From Amoebidium appalachense (lineage: Eukaryota > Protista > Ichthyosporea): 64,000 bases of DNA. Positions 45,375 through 64,000 of this stretch are shown one piece after another. The notes under the pieces were generated by a model, which had not been told where the DNA came from, did not search any database, and saw only the letters and a program-made list of their open reading frames with translations. Every line of letters starts with the position of its first letter. Position 1 is the stretch's first letter. The DNA lies in NCBI GenBank assembly GCA_963693365.1, contig CAVNZM010000006.1, forward strand, positions 1,550,001 to 1,614,000, in the 5' to 3' direction. Both the position numbers and the translations under genes were made by a program.

Positions 45375-46569
45375 CACACACACACCGCCACCAAAACACT
45401 CACCACTATCCACCCAACCACCCACAGCCGTGCACACACATGAACATCGGCGTATAAAATAGCAAAAAAGTATTGCTGACTATAAGGTGCCAGCAACACG
45501 GCAGGAATCAATACTAACAATAGCCGTGCTTTGAGTTCTTCAGCAGGCAAGTCCCCTCCTTCGAGCCTAAACTCCAAACATGATCTTTCAAACACAGTCT
45601 CCGACCTTACCTCTTGAGCTTATCCCGTAGCATCGAACGAGCAGCCCCCCCCCCCCCCCCTCCCCCCGCCCCGCCGCCTCCCAAGAGACCCATAACTCTT
45701 CAGCCTTCCCTCTCTCACCCCTCCCTCTGCACCCACTCCACCTCCTTCCCACCCCTCCCATTCTCCCCTCCTTCCGACTATCCAAGCGCTAGCTAGTCAC
45801 ACGTGCACCTTACCGGCTTCGGGTGAGCCTTCAAACAGCGTGTCCTAATCCATCTCCTACGGCGCACAAAGTCCGTGAAGCCGGAGCTGTCCAGAGAGTT
45901 GCGCCGTTGCCTCCTGCGCTCAACCATGCCAAAGTCTATGCCGTAGCTCCAGCCCTCGTCGTCACAGTTGGTGTATGCCTTGTCTATCTTCCACTCATCC
46001 ACCCACTCCCAACCGCCAAATAATGCATGCTCCTGCAAAGTGGTGTGTGGGTCAGTGTGCCGCGTGTAGATCTTTTAGTACCCAGACTGTATAGAATCAT
46101 ACGGCGCCGCTGCGGATCCCCGAGGAACGGCGGGAGTAGCAAGACACACACGCACCCAAACGCACACACAAACACACACGCACAGACACGAACGCCGAAG
46201 AAGAAGCACACAGGTCCCCACTAAACCAAAGACAAACAAACAGGCACATGCACGGACGACACACGCCCACATGCACACGCAAAAGAACACAAGCACACAC
46301 GCACACACACTCATATAGCAGTACAATCATACACATTTATTTGGCGCTTCATTGGGAAAAGAAAACAGGGCGAATGTTAGCAACCCTACCTCACCATCTT
46401 GGAAGGGATGATACGCCACCGGAGCACCCTCCCGGTCACTCCATTTGGGCCGGTCTGTTCCCAAGAGGTGGTTTTCAGAGAAACCTTGCAAAGGCAGGTA
46501 GCGTTGGTTTTCAAATGCTTCTTCTTCGTGTGTTTTAACTCCGGCCTCGTGGCCGTTTTCCTCAGCCAT
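40601..46569 (-). CDS. DysF (dysferlin/Pex24-type) domain + EDR2 C-terminal (DUF1336) domain protein with a C-terminal FFAT-like motif, ~394 aa, 9 exons
   Basis: Exons 46390-46569, 45814-46032, 44881-45048, 43737-43855, 43006-43153, 42703-42744, 41739-41872, 41214-41351, 40601-40637; all phases are compatible. DysF motifs: FENQRYLPLQGFS, DRPKWSD, WEWVDEWKID, EGWSY, DFVRRRRWIRTR. EDR2-C motifs: CWSQPDG..LVRGKNY, GDDDYRNSRFK, EGNWLIRRAVG, YFEIDCDVNSS, IDIGFSVEGRTEEELPE. The protein ends EEEDEFEDAED*. Confidence 0.9.
44466..44538 (-). repeat. Short dispersed repeat, copy 2
   Basis: Inverted near-identical copy of 36126-36200, also flanked by a G/C homopolymer. Confidence 0.8.
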
Positions 46570-46859
46570 CTTCTTATGCAAATTCGCAAAGTTAGGAAAG
46601 CCGGATGTGGCTTAGGGTTGGTTAGCAAAAGTGTTTATGGTTGCAGCAAAAGAATCTTGGATGAATCGATGGAGTCGAATTTAGAACCAGGTGCCCCGGC
46701 TGTAGAAGAAGGTATGTATTATCTACTTTGTAGGTGTTAGTTGGACAAACTGGTATTCCATGGTTCAGTGAACGGACGACACACGCAGGCAGAGGGAGGA
46801 AACGGAGTGAAAACAAAAGTGACCCCAGCGGATATCAGATCGATTGAAGAAGAGACCTA

Positions 46860-47500
46860 GCTGGCGGGGGCGGCTCATTCATAAATAGGAACACGCACCA
46901 GATTGGCTGGCATATTGTTTTCTGAGACCGTGCACGAATCAAAAGGGTTCAAAAGTTACTATATAAAGACGATGGTGCCGAATCAGCCTATCACATGGCA
47001 TGTCCAACATAAACGGAATCACGTGTGCATGATCTGCGGGAACAGCATGTTTTATTTTTAGATGATGAGGGGGTCGTTCTTCGACAGCAACTCCAGCTGT
47101 CTTCAAAAGAAGAGCCTGCCATCCATATTATAGATTTTATTTGGGATAAAGTATTTGAAACTTTCCGACTATATAAGTCGTGAATATTTCTTTATTATAA
47201 CTACATGCAGAGTGTCTATGAACAAAGTCGCCATGAACAGACTTGGGGTGTGGCACTGGCAGGTTTCTTTAACGCAAAGGAATTTCAAAAATTCAACCAA
47301 CAGAAATATCAATAATGTTTGATTAGCTGCTGTAAACCAATGAGACATGCAATTAATAGACCCACAACCAATTAGAAAATTAATAATGCATTTTCAAATT
47401 TGCTATTTATGGCTTCCCAGTGGCGTGGCTCGGCTGCAACGCTCTGCTGGCCGGCGCGCGCGCGGCGCTCGCCGGCCGCGCACGGTGCAGTTCACAGTTG
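46860..47500. promoter_or_regulatory. Divergent (bidirectional) promoter region between the DysF-EDR2C gene and the Rieske gene
   Basis: Head-to-head genes. The region is AT-richer and free of microsatellites, with CCAAT boxes (about 46901 inverted, 47337, 47368) and a CpG-rich patch at 47449-47482. Confidence 0.5.
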
Positions 47501-47879
47501 TCAAGTTCAGAGCAAAGGTTGACCCAGTCCAAGAAGGTGGGAGAGGTGTGGGCGTGTGCGTAGAGGCGTAGAGGTGAATAGGGGGGGTTTCAGTTGTGGA
47601 GAGAAGGTGTTTCAACACGTATACACGTATGTTTGTATAACCTTGGTTTCAGACAAGGTGTGAGGCCTTTGGGTGCGCTGCCTGTTTGTGTGATTGTTCA
47701 ACAGTTGGTTTGCATCTCCCCACTTTCGGTGTTGGCAAGCGCAATCTTTCTCAGGGCAGGGGTTTGATCTCTTGGTTTGATAGAGCATATTCCAGCAAGC
47801 ATGTCTCCAGGTACAATTTCAGGTGCAAACATGGAAGGCTAACACCGCACCCTCACAGGCGCCGGTGCACTCAGCCACT

Positions 47880-48473
47880 ATGTATTCTCTTCGCGCAACG
47901 GCGGGCGTGGCCGCAAAGGCCCTTGCCTCGTCCTCTTCCCCGCTGGCCGGCAGCGCCTTTGCGCCTGCTGCTGTGGCTGTGGCCCGCCAGATTGGCGCAG
48001 GCAAGCCCCAGCGCCCCTCCGTCACCGGCAAGGTTGCTGCCGGCGGCAGCATCTTCGGTACGTGAGGGGGACCCGGGGGAGAGTGGAGGGAGGCGCAGGG
48101 AGAGGAAGTGCTGTGTGTGTTTGCGTGTGTATTCTTGTGCGCGTGTGTGGGTGAGGGGGTGGAGAGAGGGGGGAGGGACGGGGGAGGGGAGGGTTTGAAC
48201 GGAAGACAGGGGGAGAATGTGCAGGGTGCAAGGAAGATGGGGAGGGAGAAAGGGAGTGGTGGGATTGTGCTTTATCTGTGGGAAGGTATGAAGGAAGGAG
48301 CTTTGCCGGGAACCTCTAGAGGCGAAGACTTTACTGGATAGGCTTTTGTAACCTGTTAGACACAACACTTGGGGAGAAAAATAACTGCTGGTATTGCATG
48401 CTGGCAGAGTGGCCCGTGTATACGCTACAAACACACACCCGTGCGTTCACACCCACGCCGCCATTTACACAAG

Positions 48474-48561
<88 letters not shown>

Positions 48562-48568
48562 CACGCGT

Positions 48569-48615
<47 letters not shown>

Positions 48616-51206
48616 CACACACACACAGGCACACACACACACACACAGGCACACACACACACACAGGCACACGCATGAAGCTCACGGGCATTCACTCGTT
48701 GGCGCCGTGTTGTCTTGGTGCACACTGGCCAACACACTCGTGTGCGGCTACAGACACACATACGAGCGCGCGCACACACAACTATGCCCAACACACAAAC
48801 ATCATTCACTCCTACACACACGGACACACACACACCACACACACGCACGTGTACAAATACATACATAGATAGCACTCACACAAGTGCGTGCACACAGACA
48901 CAAACACAAACACACACCGGCACACACACAGACACACGCTACATTGTCAGGGACATCCACCCATGTGCTCTCGTAATACCTTAATGCACACATCCTCACT
49001 GTGACAAGGTTCAAAGTTAGGACACGTGCTTTGTGCAATACTCAACACTTGCACCTACCCTCTTTAGCACACCTGTGCTTGTACCTACCAGACTCTTTTG
49101 TAATCTTTGTCCTCGTTAGCACATTATGTACACTCAGACCAACGACAAACAGTTCTTGTCAGACACAACCGAACCAAAATCTGCCTACACACATCCGCCG
49201 GCACGTTTATTCAGCGCAGTTAAGGAGTTAAGATTATTCATATGCGTTTTGGAATTTTCGTGCCTACCAGCATTGTCGCCGAATCGACATGCCGACCTGC
49301 GACTATGAGTTAAATATTTAAAGTCAGGTAGATTTTGATTTCGCCAACTTTGATTGGGGAATACCTGCCATTACGTTCTTTCAGGATGTTTTCTTCTTCG
49401 ATAAGGTCGAGCAAAATGCATTGATTCCGCCAACTTTGATTGGGGAATGCCTGCCATTACGCTCTTTCAGGATGTTTTCTTCTTCGATAAGGTCGAGCAA
49501 AATGCATTGATTCCGCCAACTTTGATTGGGGAATACCTGACATTACGCTCTTTCAGGATGTTTTCTTCTTCGATAAGGTCGAGCAAAGTGCAACTTGTAA
49601 AACTTCACCAATCATCCGTATGAACTTGCCATACATAATTTAGTCATAAAGACACGCGTCTACACACCCTAAAAGAATGCACACCAACACCTACCTTTTG
49701 CACAGGGCGCCCCCAGGCCCGGTATCTGCACAACGACCTGCCGATGCCTGACTTCTCCGCATACAAGCGCGATGAGTCCAGAAACGACATCGAGCGCAGG
49801 TCCTTCACCTACTTCATGGTATGAGTCCTCCCCCCCCCCCCCATCCGAGGATGAAACCTTCGGGATGTTGCATATGACACAACACATTCTATAATACCTC
49901 CATGGGCGGTTCTTCCCTTCCCTTGCTCCCCCCTCCCTTCCCCCCCGGTTAATGCTGATATATGAAATATGTTTGGGTTGCAGATTCAGACCGTGGTTTT
50001 GGTGGTAGGCCGGGGGTTTGGGAAAGGGAGGGGGAGGGGGGCAAACATCTGCCACGTGTGATAAGGATCTGAATGCATTGTCACACCTTTTGCACAACCT
50101 CGAGTATTGTACTCCCAATAAAAAGAAACTATGCTTGTCTTCAGCCCCCCCCCCCCCCCCCCCCCCCCTTCTCCTCCTTCTCTTGCTTTTTGCTTAGTGC
50201 TGCAACCTAACCCCCGACCTTTCCCACTGCTCTTGCCTGTAAAGTCTGCTTGCATAAGTAACCCTGTCCGACACATGCAAAAAAAAAAATGTGAGGATGC
50301 ACCTGGATGCACACAGTGCCGTCCTTATGAACACACACGTGTACATCTATATGTACCTGTACGCATGCGCACACAGACGCCCATGCCCCTTGGCTCATCG
50401 GCCTACAAATGTGCGTGTGTGTGCCTGTAGCATCGTTGTATGCATTACCTTTCGTCTCCATCTCTGTGTTCCTTGTTCCAAGCATCTCACGACCCAAACA
50501 CCCGACTGTGATCTCGGGCCATATACGGTCACTAAGCATCTATCCCCCCCTCCCCCCTCCCCCCCCCCCCCCCAACCCATGGGTTTGTACTGGGTTACTG
50601 ACCAGTGCTCTATTTGCAGGCCGGTGCCGGTACCATCCTTGGTGCCGTGTCCGTTAAGAACACCGTGACCGACTTCCTCGTGTCCATGAGCGCATCTGCT
50701 GATGTGCTGGCCTTGGCCAAGATCGAGGTACGAGTATGTGTGGGTGGGTGGGTGGGTGGGTGTGGGTGTATGTGTTTATGTTTGTGTGTTTGTGTGTGTA
50801 TGTGGGGGGGAAGGGGGGGGGGGGGGGGAGGGGGGAGGAGGAGAAAAGTGTGTGTGTGCATGCTTGCGTGTGTGTGTGTCTGCATGCTCAAGTGTGTGTG
50901 TGCTCGTTTGTATGGGCATGGGTGCGAGGTGTGTGTGTGTGTATGTGCGTGTATGTGCTGTGTGTGTGCAGGTGTGTGCACACCGGCTTGTGTGTGTGTG
51001 TGGGGGGGTGTATATGTGGGTGGTGTGCGCATGCGCATGTGCATGTGCGTGTCTGTGTGCGTATATGTGTGCCACTGCTGTTAGTACACGATGCACAGAC
51101 GGGTTGGGTGTGCACGCACACACTGATTATTGTAGAGAATGATACACTGTGTGTGTGTGTGGTGTGTGTATGTGTGTGTGTGTGTGTGTGTGGTGGTGGT
51201 GGTGGT

Positions 51207-51254
<48 letters not shown>

Positions 51255-51401
51255 GTCAGAGAGGGTAAGGCGGGGTAGTGCCAGCAGAGAGCTGGTTGCA
51301 GGAAACGTGCATCGAAACACAGTTGTGGCCTTTCTTTAGCTTCGTTTAATTTAGGATATGGGTCACTAACACAAAAGACACACGAAGACAACCCCCCCCC
51401 C

Positions 51402-51432
<31 letters not shown>

Positions 51433-52071
51433 ATACACCACCACACACACACGTACAATGTATGCACACACACAGAAGGAAAATAGGTACACACAGAAAT
51501 AAGCTAATAAACAAAACACCCATATATGGAAATACCTTGCCACCATCCCCATACGTGGTTCGTCATCTGGATGGTGGTATTGGCCGGAACCCCCCCCTAA
51601 ACGCGGGGCTACTCGGTCAACTGACCTGTGAAGGTGGAACGGCAACACAGGGCCCCTACAGCGATGTGCGATGGGGGGGGGGGGGGGGGGGGGGGGGGGG
51701 GAAGAGAATTCGTAGTTGACGGAAGTGGCAAATGTTTCTATTTTGTACAGGAGATACCTGAAATAGGCCAAACGTGATAGCAAATGCATTATAAGAACTC
51801 ACAGGCCCCTTCTCTTCCCTCATCATGTGCATGTGCGGCCCCATACATGTACACACAAGCATCTGTTTGCGAATACATACACACATACAAACACCCACAT
51901 GCACAGACCCCACCCCCACCCCCCTCCCCGTCCCCCTTCCCCTCCTCAACCCCCATGCCTGCTGAAACGAACACATGTGGGGCTTATGTTCACTTAGAGA
52001 CGGTGGTGTTGGGCAAACGTTATAAAGCCCGGCAAATGGACTCACACATCCTCCCCCCCCGCCATTCCCCC

Positions 52072-52116
<45 letters not shown>

Positions 52117-52258
52117 TGACCTTACGGCCATCCCCGAGGGCAAGAACCTTGCGCTCAAGTGGCGCGGTAAGCCCCTGGTCATCCGCCACCGCACAGCCGC
52201 TGAGATTGCTGAGGCAAATACGGTAGACCTGAAGGAGCTGCGTGACCCCGAGACAGAC

Positions 52259-52305
<47 letters not shown>

Positions 52306-52598
52306 TTTGGGTGTGTGTGTGGGGGGGGGGGGGGGGGGGGGGGGGAGGGGGGGGTATATAATCAGTGACAGACTATGAAAGGAATTATGACATCACCTTT
52401 TGCACGATCGGTTGCCTTTTTCTTTTTTCTTGCTGAGGGACAGGGGGTTGGTGCTAAGTATCGGGCGCGATTGTCAAAGTTAGGGTGTGTGTGGTTGTCC
52501 GCGACTCTGGTGCTGCTAGGTGTCACTGCATTTCCGCACGGAGTCTAAACACACACACGTGGGCCTCACGTACACTCCTCTTGGCCCCTTGGGCGGTT

Positions 52599-52646
<48 letters not shown>

Positions 52647-53058
52647 ACCCAACCCAACCCACCCCACCCCCACCCCACCCACCCACCCACCCACCCACCA
52701 CCAGCTCCTTCGCCCGGCCCTTGCAGGAATGCACACACGCGCACACACATTTCCCGACGCGGTGTTAGAAAACACACCCACATGCACACAAGACACACAC
52801 ACCTTCCAAGCCCTAAGACACATGCCCACTTGCAGTGCGCGAGTGCAGAAGCCCGAGTGGCTTATCATGATTGGTGTGTGCACACATCTGGGCTGCATCC
52901 CCGTGGGTGAGGCCGGCGAGTATGGCGGCTGGTTCTGCCCGTGCCACGGCTCCCACTACGACATCAGCGGGCGCATCAGAAAGGGGCCCGCCCCCCTTAA
53001 CATGGAGGTGCCCCCCTACCAGTTCACCGAGGGAGACACCAAGGTGGTTGTGGGTTGA
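47880..53058 (+). CDS. UQCRFS1: Mitochondrial cytochrome bc1 Rieske iron-sulfur protein, 5 coding exons
   Basis: Exons 47880-48057, 49706-49818, 50620-50727, 52115-52260, 52836-53058. Ala/Arg-rich presequence, [32 protein letters not shown], and the 2Fe-2S ligand motifs CTHLGC and CPCHGSHYD, then [10 protein letters not shown]. Confidence 0.98.
49335..49592. repeat. 86-bp tandem repeat x3 in Rieske intron 1
   Basis: Units start at 49335, 49421 and 49507 (TTGATTYCGCCAACTTTGATTGGGGAAT...GGTCGAGCAAARTGCA), are near-identical and have no spacers. Confidence 0.95.
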
Positions 53059-53272
53059 ACAGTCTTTGGAGTGGATGGGCTGGGCCCTGCATGGAACGCG
53101 AATGTAGCAAACTGCGGTAATAGAGTGCCTGACGGTGCCCCTGGCTGCTGGCTGGGCGTCTGTAGGCTGTCAAGTACATGCTTGTGTGAGTGTGTGCAAC
53201 GAACAGACCGTGCCTTGTGGGATGTGCATGTGCACGAGGATGTGTCACAGTGGTGTGTGTCGTGACTGCACT

Positions 53273-53307
<35 letters not shown>

Positions 53308-54373
53308 TGCGCGCGCATGCGCGTGCGTGCGTGTGCGTGCGGCGGGGGTGGTGGTGGTGGGGGGTGTGTGTGTGGAGGGGGGGGGGGGGGGGGGAGGGGG
53401 GGAGGGGGGACGAACGGGTCAACGCGTTGGGCCTGTGAATGACGATACGGCGGATTCGTGAGACTACCGTTAGTCGTACCATGGCCAAGCACAAAGGCGT
53501 GTGCATGTATGCTTTATTCATGTCAAATTTGCCATGGCCGGCCATAGCCAGTGTTTGTGCAAGTCGAATCTCCGCTGGGCACATATGCATACGGGATGCA
53601 ACGTCAACCCTACATCGATCATTTCTACCAATTTTGGTGATAGACGAAACGGATGCATGCAACACACGCAACCAAAGTTGAACGAGTCCCTCCGTGGAAT
53701 GTGTATACACGAAGAGTACACGTATATGTACGTGGCTCCCCAAAGGCTCACGAACGTTCCCACCAGAACTATCAAACTGCAATGGCATAGGCAGCGCCAG
53801 TCACGCAAAGAGAGCTCCGTGTTCTGCCCCGTGAGCCAAATAATGTTATATACCATTTGCAATTGCAATGCATCTGTCATATATGTATCCGTGTCATGCA
53901 TGTTCCGTTGCACTTCGAGTTCATATTTACTAGTGCGTGTCACTGAATCATTAATGCTGTATTTTGTTTAGTCCCCACGAACGGGTCAATCGAAGCAAGA
54001 ACGTTTTAGCAACAGAAAGCGGCGTCCAAGGGTGACACCACATACATATAGGACCACGGAAGCTCACACGTATACACGTCACTCATACATAAAGATTTCA
54101 TGCCCAGCTGCAGAGTAAGCAAGCCGTAGGAAAAAAAAAAAAAAAAAAAAAAAAGAAGAAGAAGAAGAAGAAGAAGAAGGACAAATATTTTACAGGAGTT
54201 GGATTGAAGTTCTGTTGGCTCGTGTGCCGTGGCACATAATCACTGGCTCACCCGCATGTCAACAACATACAGCACACTCCCCCAAACTTTGAAGGAGAAG
54301 ACTTGGCGCATAAGCAAACCGATATCGATAAATTTAAGAGACAATCACATACAATGAACGCAAGAGCGAGCTT

Positions 54374-63614
<9,241 letters not shown>

Positions 63615-64000
63615 CTGCATGCAGGATTTGGGTTTAGCAACCCACCAGAGTAGCCATGTTCTGCTTCAAACTGCAACATCAGAGACCCAACCTCATAATG
63701 TTTCTGGTAAAACGGGCAAACAGAAAATTAAGCTGAACGAATAGAGTGGGTGAGGAAGGGAGCAAGGGCACAGTAAAGCCGATAACGAAAGCAAACCGTG
63801 TGCAACCTGCAGAGTCTCTCGATTTTCACGCACGTAACAACTGAAAGAAGAACCACTTTCAGAACTTCTTAGCAGCCACTACCCAAACACCGTATATACC
63901 AGTTTGACGTCCGATGTGCACGATGCAGACAGCAAGTAGTTTTTACAAACACAAAGCTGGTAAAATTACTGGCATGTGAGGAAACTACGTGCGTGCAAAA

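Noticed and set aside
49335-49592. CRISPR-like array
   Set aside because: The units are contiguous and near-identical with no unique spacers, there are no cas genes, and the context is a eukaryotic intron.
63646-63660. 15-nt IWS1 exon (EHGYSG) resembling the animal IWS1 N-terminus
   Set aside because: It would require a 31-nt intron, far shorter than the others here, so it is left unresolved.

Overview
Eukaryotic, intron-rich genomic DNA. The animal-like PI4KB, Rieske and IWS1 sequences suggest a unicellular holozoan, but that is inference only. Introns are packed with poly-G/poly-C runs and (CA)/(TG), (GA) and (CCA) microsatellites, so nearly all ORF-track entries are low-complexity artefacts. 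Manual spliced reconstruction gives eight genes: the last exon of a Kazal-domain protein (+), a 19-coding-exon PI4-kinase beta (-), an F-box/LRR protein (-), an intronless secreted mucin-like protein (+), a hypothetical gene (-), a DysF + EDR2-C(DUF1336) + FFAT-like protein (-), the mitochondrial Rieske protein (+) and IWS1/Spn1 (-, 5' end unresolved). The main observation is that PI4KB carries two AT-AC minor-spliceosome (U12-type) introns, and one overlaps an in-frame GT-AG alternative (twintron-like). Also notable are an apparent +1 frameshift at TTT_TTT_CGA in PI4KB exon 1, frame-essential microexons in IWS1, a probable GC-AG intron, and introns bracketed by complementary microsatellites.
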